The notes beneath the pieces were generated by a model. That model did no database searches, had not been told where the DNA came from, and saw only the letters and a program-made list of their open reading frames with translations. From NCBI RefSeq assembly GCF_009914755.1, contig NC_060931.1: a stretch of DNA of 64,000 nt; one strand, 5' to 3'. How positions within the stretch are numbered: position 1 is the stretch's first letter; the number at the start of each line of letters is the position of its first letter. The position numbers were made by a program, and so were the translations under genes. Origin of the DNA: the human T2T-CHM13v2.0 reference genome, Homo sapiens. Positions 52,319 to 64,000 of this stretch are shown here, piece after piece.

Positions 52319-53227
52319 ATTGTTGAAGGGCAGGCAGAAGACTACATGATATAATTTGATGGGCTTTTAAAATGTTCCCTTACCCCCAAGTTTCTCTCAA
52401 TCGGCTGGCCCTAGGGTTTTCAATTACCTCTGTCTTCCTTTGGGTTAAATCACTGTATTTTGAGAAAATGTCTTTGAAAATACTTGCGTTACATGGTCAA
52501 GACCACCATTCTACAGATTACTTGCTAAAGACCAAATCTCTGAAGAAATGAGCATAAAGTAAGAATATTGACAGAGGAAGGGAGACAGAGAATCGTTTGG
52601 ATTGTTGATCACTATCAGTAGCAATAGGTGATGAAGTCAAAGTGGAGGGTTTTTTCACCAGGACTCAGTGTGAAAATCCTAAGTATTTGATGTGAATTTG
52701 TGAAGGAAGGCACTGAAATAGGGAAAGAAAAATTTTAAAGCTTGCTCTGTACAGTTAAACCTTGTGGCATATTTAACAAATATGTTTTCAATAACTCCAA
52801 TGATCTCTTGGTATGTTGGAATGCATAATTTTGCCAAATTTGCATAAAGTTCATGGTAAAGTGATGATAGGAGACTTTGGTTAGGTAGTAGGTGCATCTA
52901 TCCAGCCACTCAGCATCTCTTTCTCAGCAGGGCTCTTTTGTGTGTTCTTGGTACTACTAAGTCTAGAGTAACATGGAGAATTGTCCTACAATATTCTTAG
53001 CAGTGAAACTTTAGGCAATTAATTTGTAATGTCAGAAAGTTCCCAGCGTGCATGTAACACTAGAAGGAAATGTGATTTCAGAATGAGCCAGATGCATTTA
53101 TAAATATTTCAAGATTGTAAATTTCTTGAAGTTTCCAGAGTAATAAAGAATATCAAGAACTGACTCTTTGGGAATTCAAGTTGTTATAAAGCTAATTGAA
53201 TATGTGAAGGCATGTTCAGTGTTTGAG

Positions 53228-53408
53228 TTCTTTTTCTCTTTTTTTTCCCTTCCCCTTCTTTCCTTTCTCTTTCTGTCATTTCTCCCTCTTTTCTTTACTT
53301 TACCTCTCTCCATCCCTCTTTCTTTTTCTTTCTTTTTTTTACATTCTCCCCTTCCTTTCTTCCTACCTTCCTTCCTTCCTTCCATTTTTTTTTCTTTTTC
53401 TGCCTTTT
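53228..53408 (+). repeat. CT-rich polypyrimidine low-complexity tract
   Basis: About 180 bp of almost pure C/T, including (TTCC)n. Confidence 0.95.
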
Positions 53409-54472
53409 GAGTATTTATAGTGATATAATCAAGCAGCTCAGGGAATTTGGCTGCAATAAAGGCTGTTTTGGTGACTCCCTGCTTCTCTTTTCTTCTCTCA
53501 AACATAGTTTTGAGAAGAGGAGATATAGTGCTAGTAGCAGCACTCAAGAGACACTTGATTAAACTTGAAATTTTATAAGCATTCCAATGCTATTACATTA
53601 AATGTATATAAATACTGACTTGGCCAGTTTTGCCAAGAGTGAATTAATAAGCATTCATATGTGCTAAGTTATAAGAGAGTCTAATCAGTTCTGCATTCTA
53701 ACATTGCCTTTTGCTTCTACTCCTGTTACAGTCCAAAGAGAATATTTAAAAGATTCCATGTTTATATTCTTATTTCTTGATATTAGACCACTACTTATTT
53801 TGTTAGCATTCTGTCTTCACAGTCTGTCTCATTCATTCATTATACCCTTTTCCTGGCCTGGTATCATTAACCTTGCTTTGTAAATAAAGAGAGACACAGA
53901 GGTCAGCCTTCTTGGCGAGTGTTTTGTCTACTTATTGCTATTGCTGATATTAGATAAAAATATTGAAAAAATGCAGCTTCATTTCCTTGTTTACCTTACC
54001 TGAAGTTAGGTCTCAATTATGCACCAGGGGATTCTATGCTGCAGTGAAACTGCTTTGTTGGGTAGGATGTGACCAGGGAATGCAGACTAACTTTCAATTT
54101 TCTGTGAAAAAATAATAATAAAGATGGTCAGTGTGTTGCCAAACTATAGGGATATGTGTGTTTTTACTTATCACTCTGTACATGTGTATCCACATTTACA
54201 TAACCATGTTTGAGTTTTCATGCCACTACTACCTTGAGTCTTCCTTAATATATAGGATTCAGAGGGTTTTTTTTTCAATCATTATCTCCATTACTTTCAC
54301 ATAGCCAATTTCAATAATTATAGTCATGTTTTAAGTTTTGCGCACATTTTCTTTTAGCCAGAAAAGCTCCATTTTAAATGCTAGCAAATCCAGTAACTCA
54401 AAAGCTTTCAAATATAGTCTATTGTCCAGGGCTTTCGTGGTGCATTTCAACAAAGAGAATCTCTATGCTCAC

Positions 54473-54750
54473 TCAATTTGCAAACATCTGGAGGAAAATA
54501 ATGTGATAATTAGAAGGCACCATGGGTTCATCAAAAACAAATCATGCCAAACTAACTTAATTTCTTTCTTTGATTCCTTAACAAGCTGAGTGGGAACACA
54601 GAGGGTATTTTTATTATAGTAAGACACTTGATGTAGCTTTCTAACAATCTTAAAAGGCTTAGGGAAAATGCAGATTAGGGAAAATGACTGGTTAATGTAG
54701 GATATCTTTGTAAAAAGGGACCAGCAACCATTATCTATCTATGGTTCAGA
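54473..54750 (+). mobile_element. CR1/L3-clade LINE reverse-transcriptase fossil
   Basis: Translates as SICKHLEENNVIIRRHHGFIKNKSCQTNLISFFDSLT (CR1 RT motif HGF-x-K-x-KSC-x-TNLISFFD); a decayed, frameshifted SK..D segment follows. Confidence 0.85.
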
Positions 54751-54959
54751 ATACAGTTAGTAGAGGCTGTTGGATAAATTTTATTTTATTTATTGTATCA
54801 TTCAATATCTTAAGCCTTTGACTTTGATTATCTATATTTTATATCTCATAGTGTTTTTTAAGGTAACTGGCTATAGGGATTTTATTTTTAACTAATAACA
54901 TTGGTAATTTTTTTCTAGAAAGGAACATATATCTTGGCCATCTTTTTTCATTAAAAATC

Positions 54960-55500
54960 TATGAAAATCATACACACACATATACATATAAATCACATAT
55001 AGACTGAACACACGTGTATATATAATTCATAAAATTATATCATAAATCATAATCTTAGTTTCAACGACTAATATTGTTTTAATAACTGTTCTTATGGTTT
55101 TGTGTCTGTCCATAATGTTTTTATAAAAGTGAGAGTATACTAAGTTTACTATTTCTGATTTGTTTTACTTTAATAGTATAGTGTTAAACACAGTCCTAAG
55201 TTGATAAATGTACTTTTACAGATTTATTTATAATTATTGCATAGTATTTCCGTGGATGTGCCATAATTTATTGACTCGTCTCCCTTTGTTAGATAGATTA
55301 TATCTTTGTTGTTGTTTTTACAACTATAAAATATAATGGAATAGCTATACTTGTAGTTAAAACTGTTTTCTTATACGGCATATACCTAGACATTGTATTA
55401 TTGGGTAAAAAATGCAAACATTGTAAGAATTTTATGTGTGCTCTCTAAATGCCTTCCAAAAGGTTGAACCAGTTTACATTCCTACTGGCTGTTTAAGAGA
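54960..55500 (-). mobile_element. L1ME-type fragment
   Basis: tgcatagtatttccgtggatgtgccataatttatt...aatgccttccaaaaggttgaaccagtttacattcc. Confidence 0.7.
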
Positions 55501-55507
55501 GGATGCT

Positions 55508-55742
55508 ATATATATGTATTCATATCTATAGACATATATGTCTGTATGTGTATATATATGTAGATATATGTATATGTCTATAGATTTTATGCATATGTCT
55601 ATAGATATGGATACATATATATACATACACGTTTAGAAATAGACATACATGTGCACATATAGGTGTATATGTCACATACACATACACATTTAGAGATAGA
55701 GACATATCCATATACATATATGTAGGTATGTATATGTCTATA
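55508..55742. repeat. Degenerate (TA/CA/TG)n low-complexity array
   Basis: Alternating purine-pyrimidine sequence over about 235 bp. Confidence 0.92.
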
Positions 55743-56372
55743 GTTTCCATTTGGAAAAAGGAAAGTTCCTCTTTGGGAAAAATGAAACTCACTGGAAAGA
55801 TTTAAATGATAAAAGTTGCCATAAATATTTTAGAAACTCTATGTTTGATTATGCAGCTGTGATGAAAGAATATCAAAATATAGGCTTAAATTGACTTTTC
55901 TCCTACTTCTCTGTAAAGATTTATCAAAAGGAGAGATTCATTTTGTGGCAGTTATTGTTCTTATTGAACATCCTGAAATAAGAATTATTCTATGCCTCAA
56001 AGTAACACTAAATTATATTCTTTGTTAATATATTAAACAAGCAAAGGTCTTTTAAATGGTGTTTGAGATTAAAGATTCTGTTTTGTATTTTAATTCTGCA
56101 GCAAATACAGCTTCCTAGCTTCTACTGTTAGTTGGCTCTGATTTCTAATTCTCATCTCTTCTTTCTTTTTACTTGTTGTGCCTCATTACAATTTCAAATG
56201 AAACTGTATGACGCTGATTGGAATTGTTTCTATTGGGGGAAAATGTACGAATTAGATGTGCCCAGGAATTCATCTGCATTTGAGCCCTGCTATTTGTTTG
56301 ACACAATGGGTTTTCAGGAATGGGATTGCGGGAGCTAAATCTTTAATAAAATTGTTATTGACTGTCCCTGCA

Positions 56373-56585
56373 GGAGGCAGTGCGCATGGTGGCTAAACAT
56401 GAGGATTCAAACCCTCAGCTCTGTAGCTTATTGGCTATGTAATTAACCTCTCTGAGTACATTTACTCATCTGAAAAATGTAATGATACAAACCTCTTAAG
56501 GTTGTTGAGAGGATTCGATGGGATAATTTAAATGAGTACAGGGGACTTAGTAAGCTTTCAATAGATGTTAGGTGTTACTGCTATC
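56373..56585 (+). mobile_element. MIR SINE
   Basis: ggattcaaaccctcagctctg...ttaacctctctgag...ctcatctgaaaaatg...ggttgttgagaggatt. Confidence 0.8.
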
Positions 56586-57059
56586 TCTTGGTGATCCACA
56601 CTTCCCTCAGATGGGAGGGCATAATCTTTCCTATAGCTATTGCAAAAATAATCTGACTCTGCTTGTCCCATATTATTGCCTCATTTTGGAACAATTATAT
56701 CAGAATCTGTAAAATAACTATTATGTCAATATTTTCCTGCCTGTCTCCCTTCCCTCTTTCCTTCTTTCCCTTTCCTTGCATTTATTGAGAACCAAAGGTA
56801 TTCTATGCTTTGCTAAAGATTGGAGAAGGAAAACTGATAAGAATCATATTTTGAAGAAGGTAACACACCAGTGGAGAAGACAGATGTTAATCAGGTAATC
56901 ACATAAATAAATGTAAAATTGCAAGGATGACAAGTGCTACATAAATGACAGCTGCATGGGTTATAAGAGCATATAGGAGATTGGAAAGACTTCTCAGAAA
57001 ATGAAACAGGGAAATAAAGTATAAGAGGTAAACAGGTGAAGCAGTAGACTTCTACATAG

Positions 57060-57685
57060 TCTCCCTATTTTTGCCGTTATCTTCTTAAAGCTTATTCTCC
57101 GCATAGCAGCCAGAGTGACCACATTAAAATGAAAGATAGATTATATTAGATCTCTGCTCAAATCCCTCTCATCATGACTTCATTACATCTCACTCAGAAT
57201 AAATCTCGTAGTTCTTATTTTGTTTTATAGACCCCTATGTGATTGGTCTCCTGCTACCTTTCTGACCTCATCATCTTTCACTCTCTTCTTACACAGTCAC
57301 GTTCAACCACACTGGCCTCCTTGCTGTTCTTGCTGTTCCTTGAACATATAGGTAAACTTCATTTTGAAGTCTTTTGATCTTGTTCTCTGCCCAAACACTT
57401 TCCCCAGGTACCCCCTCACCATATCAGTGAGCTCTTCCCTGATGACCCTATAGAAAATAGCAACTCTGTCTCTATCAGGACTCCTCATTGCCCTTATGCT
57501 GTATTTATCACCATCCCACATTTTATAAATTTACTTGTTTATTTTTTGTTCTCCCTCGTCATCTCGACTCAACTTGTTAAAAACATCATGGGATCAGGAG
57601 GTTATGTTTACTGCTGAAATCCCAACTCCAAGTATAGTGCCTTGAAGGTACTAGGAACTCATTTAATATTTGAGGAATGAATTAA
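57060..57685 (+). mobile_element. L2 LINE 3' region
   Basis: attctccgcatagcagccagagtga...ccacactggcctccttgctgttc...atagtgccttg..taggaactc..aatatttgaggaatgaat. Confidence 0.85.
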
Positions 57686-57689
57686 GGAA

Positions 57690-58410
57690 GAAGAGACATG
57701 GTGGTAAGAGCATTTAGGACAGAGAGCGAAGCATATGTAAGGGCCCCAAGGCAGGTAGAAGCATGGCAGCCAGGGGGGACTGAGGGAAAGACATTGTTGC
57801 TTTTGAACACAGTGAACTAAAAAAAAGTGTGGAATACTAGAGGCAAAAAAGGTAGGTAAAGACTGGATCATACAGTTATAAAGATTTTCCCCTAAAAACA
57901 AATACAAGCTACTGAAGTATTTTAAGTTGAGATGGGGTTGAAGGACCAGATCAAGTTTATGTTAAAAAAAAAAAAAACCACTCTGGCTGAAGTATGGATA
58001 TCAGATTTGAGGGGAGGACAGTGTGAATGTGAGTAGATCAATTAGGAGTTCGTTATAGTAGTTGTGCCAAGAGATGGTGCCAGCTTGGGCCACTGGCTTC
58101 AGTGGATAAGAAAGGAGCGGATTGTTTGAGAGCAGTGGTTCTCAACTGGAGCAGTATTTGACAATGTTTGGAAATACTTTTTGTCATTACAATTGTTGGG
58201 GGAAAGGGGATGTCTACTGGCATCTATTGAGTAGAGGCCAGGGATGCTGGAAACCATCCTACAATGCGCAGAACACTCTCCAATTATCCAGTCCCAATGT
58301 CAATGGTGTTGAGATTGAGAAACTTTGTTTTAGAGGTAAACTCAAGAACTCTCTTCATGAGGTACAAACTCAGAACTTGCTGTTGGAGTAGACATGGGAG
58401 TTGAGAAAGT
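57690..58410 (-). mobile_element. L2 fragment hosting the MER20 and L1MA insertions
   Basis: accactctggctgaagtatgga...gtagatcaattaggag..ttatagtagt..ccaagagatggt; resumes at ~59157 (cttccagatttggggcatgggtaact). Confidence 0.7.
58133..58327 (+). mobile_element. MER20 hAT MITE with 8-bp TSD
   Basis: cagtggttctcaact...ctactggcatcta..gagtagaggccagggatgctg..aaccatcctacaatgc...gagattgagaaactttg; TSD tttgagag/ttttagag. Confidence 0.93.
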
Positions 58411-59156
58411 GGGTATTTCCTATAAAAGAAAGGAAATCAGTATATCAAAGAGATATTTGCACTCCTATGTTTGTTGCATCACTGTTTACAATAGCTAAGA
58501 TTTGGATGCAACCTAAGTGTCCATCAACAGATGAATGAATAAAGAAAATGTGATATATATATACAATGGAGTACTATTCAGCCATAAAAAAGAAGGAGAT
58601 CCAGTCATATGCAACAACACAGGTGGAACTGGAGATCGTTACATTAAGTGAAATAAGCCAGGCACAGAAAGACAAACCTTGCATGTTCTCATTTATTTGT
58701 GGGATCTAAAAATCAAAACAATTGAACTAGTGGACATAGAGAGTAGAATGGATCAGAGGCTGGGAAAGATAGTGGGGAGATTGGGGGAACATAGCAGAGG
58801 TACAAAAAATAGAAAGAACAAATAAAACCTACTATTTGATAGAACAACAGGGTGACTATAGTCAATAATAACGTAATTGTACGTTTTAAAACAACTTAAA
58901 GAGTATAATGGGATTGTTTGTAATTTAAAGGATAAATGCTTGAGGGGATGGGTACCCCATTCTCAATGATATGCTTATTTCACATTGCATGCTTGTGTTA
59001 AAATATCTCATGTACTCCCATAAATATATACACCTATGTACCCACGACAATTAAAGTTTTTAAAAAGCAAGTGGGTACATCTCATGTAACCCAAAATATA
59101 TACATCTATTATGTACCCACAAAAGTTAAAAATTTTTTAAAAGTAAATTAAAAAAA
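58411..59156 (+). mobile_element. L1MA (L1MA2/3-like) 3' end with duplicated terminus
   Basis: aaagaaaggaaatcagtatatcaaagagata..tgcactcc...ggataaatgcttgaggggatgggtacccc...tatgtacccac. Confidence 0.92.
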
Positions 59157-60849
59157 CTTCCAGATTTGGGGCATGGGTAACTAAACTGATGAGTGTCACT
59201 CGCCGCAGGGTTCTTCTGCCCATAAGGAATTATGATTTCTGTCCAACCTACATCTTTTCTTTGATGTTAACAACACTAACCAAAAGGGTAGAATGGATAC
59301 TCATGTTTGTACTTTATGATCTGGGCATTTTGGGATCTATTTTATGGTATTAGCATGGAGGTTAGGAAATACAACATTTAATTTGATATTTTCACTCAAT
59401 TATCTGATGCCACTGATTCATCTGACTGTATTCATACAGCTGACATCTGTGGCACTAATTCTCAGAGCTGGCTTCATCAAAATAGCCATTGAATGCATCT
59501 TTTAGGGAGCATCAACACTGTGCTAAGAAAATCTTGGATGTTTAGCCAATGAGCGTAAAGGTAATTAAATATTTTATTAACTTTGTATATAAGAGCTCAA
59601 AGCACTTTCACATACATTTTTCCTTCATACTCTTTATGTGCTTGTATTGGCAGAAAGAGGACAAAGTAGCTGTATTGCATTATAGCACAAACTTTCAGGC
59701 AATGAGACATTCCTGAGGCTTAAATTTCACTTGCAAACTAGGAGAAGAGGTGGAAAAAAGGAATCAGAATTTACCCTTTTGCTAATGCATTGTTTCCTTA
59801 GAAATGTAATCACTGCATCATTCTTTCATTTTGAGAGCCTTCTGAGATTATACAAGATATTTAATCCAATATCTTTATATGTTGAATCTGCATAAGAAGA
59901 ACTGGAGAATGTGTGTTCTTTTTTATTTTATTTGTTTGAATGTATGCTAAACACACTCTACAGAATTCAAGGAATGCTAATTATGTGTGCTGCAATTGAA
60001 GTTATCTGGACCCAGTTTTTTTCTCTTTTGCTGCTGCATTTTTCATGGCAAGAATCTGGTAGAAGATGAAAATTATAAAATTGAAATCTTTTCAGTTTGT
60101 GTGTTACTATTTTTAAGCAGGAAAAGTTTAGTATGTACAAAAGAGATGGTTTCAGTGAATTCCTGTGACATTAATGTGCTATTTTCTCTCTCTAAGAAGG
60201 AAGTTGAGAACTTGAGCTTGATTTTAGGATTATGTCTGCCCTGGTACCCTTGGCGAACGTTTCTGCTTTTGCCATGTGTTCCTGGCATAGTTTTGAGGTG
60301 GCGTGCATTTTGAAGGGGCACTGATTTGTGTTTGAAAGAAATTAGGTCCTCTGTAATAGTCAGCAATCCCTGTCTTATCTCCTTGGTTCAGATTGGCCTC
60401 TAATCTTCTATTACCTCCAGTTAACTTCTGCAGTCTGCTTCTATTCTCTTGTTAACATTTGTTGCTGCATCTGGGATGAAGCTTATAATTATGTGTCCAT
60501 TGCCAACTCTTTACTAGAGTTTTGGTTAATCCAGGTCTTATTTTGTTTATGTTTGCTTAAGCAAATGATGTTCAATGCTCTTTCAGATATCCTTTAAAGT
60601 AATGGGATCAATAATTTAAGCCTTTATAAGTATGCATATCCTGGCTAACCTCATTTTACCCATGTGTCTGTACTGTCAGTTATATTTACATTGAGCAACC
60701 TCACTGACTCTTGTGGATTTATTTAACTATGAAGCAAAATAATAGTTATAAATTCAGTATGAGAAAGTATTACAGATATCATGTCTTATCTTATTCTCCA
60801 GCGTATTTTTTAAGTGGGAAACTGAGTCCCAGAGAAAAGGAATAATTCT

Positions 60850-61090
60850 CTGCATTTGTAATAACACTCTGTAGTTTACAAAATATACTAATACCATTAT
60901 TTCATATGATGTTTTCAGTAATTCTGTGAGGTGTGCTAGGAAGGCATTATTATCTCTATTTTACAACAAGGAAGAAAAGATGTAGAGAAATTGAGACTTG
61001 CTTCCTCAACTACCTACAACAAGTATGTGGTAAATCTGGATCTAAAATCCAAGACTTAAGGCTGTTAACCAAGTGTCCTTTCCCAAATAT
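60850..61090 (-). mobile_element. MIR SINE (old subfamily)
   Basis: catttgtaataacactctgtagtttacaaaa...ctgtgagg...ttattatctctattttaca. Confidence 0.7.
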
Positions 61091-61399
61091 GATCTTGGCT
61101 CATGAGCAGAGTTTTTCCATCCACGTACTGCTGTGCTGTAATGTGTTGAGATACTGACTCTCTCAGCACTTAGAGCTGCCAGAGTAGCCGTTGACCTCTA
61201 GTCACAAGGATCCTTCTCACCTCAGTGCAACACAGAACTACTATTATCTTCTGTGTACCTCGACATTGAAAAAACACAGAAGCACAGTTCTAACATATAA
61301 TGGAAAAAGACCTGATTAAGTCACTCAGTGAGTTTATTGAAAGATTACTAGGTGCCTAACAGTCCTGGGAATGTTTTCACAGTCTGCATTCATCCACCT

Positions 61400-61880
61400 C
61401 TGATACTCATATATATTTACCTCCAAGGAACCTCCCCTTCCTACCGACAGTTTGTGTGGTTCCAGGAAGCCAGCTGACAACAATTCTGACCCAGGTTAAA
61501 GATGTGGGCCTCAGTAAGCCTCTGTGCTGCCTCTTCTTGTCATGGTGATTAGTTCAAGGGGAATTATGGAATTCACCCAGAGCCAACCAGATCTCATGAG
61601 ACTGTGACTTTTGGGCAAAAGAATATTGCTACTGTTCTGTAACAGACTCTGGAAGCATGCAGGCTGAGGCTGCTGCCACCAGCCTGACTCCTCATGTAGC
61701 TTAAGATTGAAGCCAATGCTGGAATTAAGGAGATCTGAGAGAGAAACTGAGCCCCGCTGATACCATTTGATGTCAAGCTGACAAAAAAGCTGAAGCTAAT
61801 TCTACGCTTTAGAATTATACGAACCAATACATTTCTCCTTTCCTTAAAATGATTAGATGAAGTTACCGTCACTAAAAATC
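61400..61880 (+). mobile_element. Old MLT1 (J/K-like) LTR
   Basis: catggtgattagttcaaggg...agccaaccaga...gagaaactgagccc.gctgataccatttga...gaaccaatacattt. Confidence 0.6.
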
Positions 61881-62600
61881 ATCTGTATTCTTTCATAAAT
61901 GGTTAAAAATTCTAATTTGTCACTTTAAAGGCCTCATGGGGACAAGGACGATTTAGAAATGGATGTTCCAATTTGATCTGATCTCTTCCAGGTTGTATGT
62001 TTTTCTTCTCCCTTTGAAAAGGTAATTCATAACCTATGAATAAAAACGCTCTCTCTATAAACTTTCACACAATCTAAAGGTGTTTTTGTCATAGTCAGTT
62101 GCCTATATTAATTCATCAAATAATTATTGTTATGACACTGAGGTAGGCTGGGGAAGAAGACATCATCTTTGCTGTCAAAAAATTTATAATTTAGTTGGTA
62201 GAAAAAACATGTTATAATGGAAAGAAAATTAAATTTAATTAATGTATATAACTAAATCTGATGTGAGTGTCACTGGAGTAGGTCAAAAGAGGACAAGGTG
62301 CCATAGATTCAAAAGTGATAGTCACCATGAAAGAGAGAACTGGAGTCAAATCTTTAGGATTTGGGCAGGTGACCAGGAAGAAGTCTGTCCAGGAGCTGCA
62401 GCATAGCACAGACAAAGACTCAGACAGGAAAGAATGGTGTTTGAGGAAGGTAGTGACTCAACAAGATGGGTTGCAGCAGAGGAGTTAGGGTGAGCAACAG
62501 GATAGCTTGGAAATTTCCATCTTTGACTTTTGAGAAGAACTTTGGGACAAAGCTCTTTGCTTAAGATTGGTATTGAGAAACAATAACATGCTAGCCACTC

Positions 62601-62869
<269 letters not shown>

Positions 62870-63329
62870 CAACTCTTTATTGAGCACTTACTACATACAT
62901 GACATTAGGTTAAAACTTCACATGCATTATCTCACTTAATAATAATAACTTTCAGGTAGGTATTATTGTACCTACCAACCAACCCTGTAAGTGGATGAGG
63001 CAGAATGAACCAAGGACAGTCTGCCTCTGAAGACCGTGCAGTTGCTCTGGCCATGAAATTCCATCTGTCTAAGATGAACAGAGCAGTCACTTTGCACATG
63101 TCATGTAAGTTTATAATGGTCCTCTGCACATTTCGGTGAGTATTGGTATTTTTGGCAAGTTTAATATTCGGAGTTACTACTAGCAAATTCTTAGAATTAC
63201 TAGATTTCAGGCATTTAGAAAGCCTCTATTTTACCATGAAATTCATTGTTATTTATTCTACACTTAAAGCAAGGGAGTGAAATCTCATAAATTAGATTGA
63301 AGTAATAATTATTAAGAACATCACAACTT

Positions 63330-63535
63330 CTAGGGATTGAATTAAAGTATTTGCATTATTATTTCATTTTTCCCCAACAGATTGTGAATGAGGATGTTGT
63401 TATTCCCTTTGTATAGACAATAAGACTGCGATCAAAAGTATTTAAGTAGCTTATACAAGGGCATATAATTAGTGTGAGCAGAGCTGTGACTTGAATTCAG
63501 GTCCTTCAATTATAAGTCTAGTTCTTTCCCAACTA
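63330..63535 (-). mobile_element. MIR SINE
   Basis: gttattcccttttgtatagac..aagactg...gcagagctgtgacttgaattcaggtc. Confidence 0.7.
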
Positions 63536-63654
63536 CATTAGTCTATAAGTGGCCAAAAAGTACATATGAAACTTGGCATTTTATATGTATTGGAGTTACA
63601 TTAGACCTTAAGTGGCCATAGAGTAACAAATGAGACTTGGCATTTGTGTTTACT
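63534..63654 (+). repeat. Diverged 63-bp tandem duplication (2 copies)
   Basis: tacattag..taagtggcca..agt.aca.atga.acttggcattt recurs at 63534 and 63597. Confidence 0.88.
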
Positions 63655-64000
63655 ACTAGTGAGTGTGAAAAGCCTAAGTAATTATCAAATACGAGGGATA
63701 ATTTGACAAAGTTAAGTCTCATTCAAACTGAAAGTTTGAATTTTCCATTTGTCTGGTTATTCTATGATTTGTCAACAAGTCAGGATAACAAATATTTATT
63801 GAATACCAATTTATTAGGTAAAAGTATATGCTAATGTAAAAAGAACTTTGTGCAAACGCTACACTAATGGAATAGAAAATATGGTTGAGGACAAGGCGAA
63901 AACCTATACAGTACAAGTGCGAGTAATCTCTGAGAAACGATTAAATGAATATTTTGAGGTGGGACATAACTAATATATCATAGGAATATTAAGGACTATG

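Noticed and set aside
53168-53547. K/E/R-rich and F/S/L-rich ORFs
   Set aside because: Artefacts of the polypyrimidine tract
54338-54589. 83-aa ORF as a functional reverse transcriptase gene
   Set aside because: Only one RT motif is present, followed by a stop and frameshifts; reported as a CR1 fossil instead
56367-56382. CTCF-like motif cctgcaggaggcagtg
   Set aside because: Imperfect match overlapping the start of a MIR; such matches are expected by chance

Overview
AT-rich, CpG-depleted non-coding DNA from a primate, very likely human: AluJ/AluS, FAM/FLAM/FRAM, L1PA and MSTA are present. I find no recognisable protein-coding exon, RNA gene or CpG island, and the ORF track is explained by repeats, low-complexity sequence or chance. 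A large share of the window is transposon fossils: 7 Alu-family SINEs (all on the minus strand), a twin-primed 5'-inverted L1PA, older L1MA/L1ME pieces, many L2 and MIR copies, solo LTRs (MLT2, MLT1C/F/J-K, MSTA, MER52), DNA-transposon remnants (MER2, MER3, MER5, MER20, MER47, MER53, MER58B, MER82) and an ancient CR1/L3 reverse-transcriptase fragment. Between them lie repeat-free blocks rich in developmental TF motifs, which resemble a large intron or gene desert of a regulated locus. I cannot name the locus. The most notable unexplained structures are a ~250-bp unique-sequence duplication 2 kb apart, a well-preserved CR1 RT core, a 216-codon ORF that reads through the L1 inversion junction, a minisatellite grown from a MER3 terminus, a doubled L1MA tail, and two candidate unannotated exons. 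Repeat subfamily names come from recalled consensus sequences and boundaries are approximate. I see no evidence for a novel multi-gene system.
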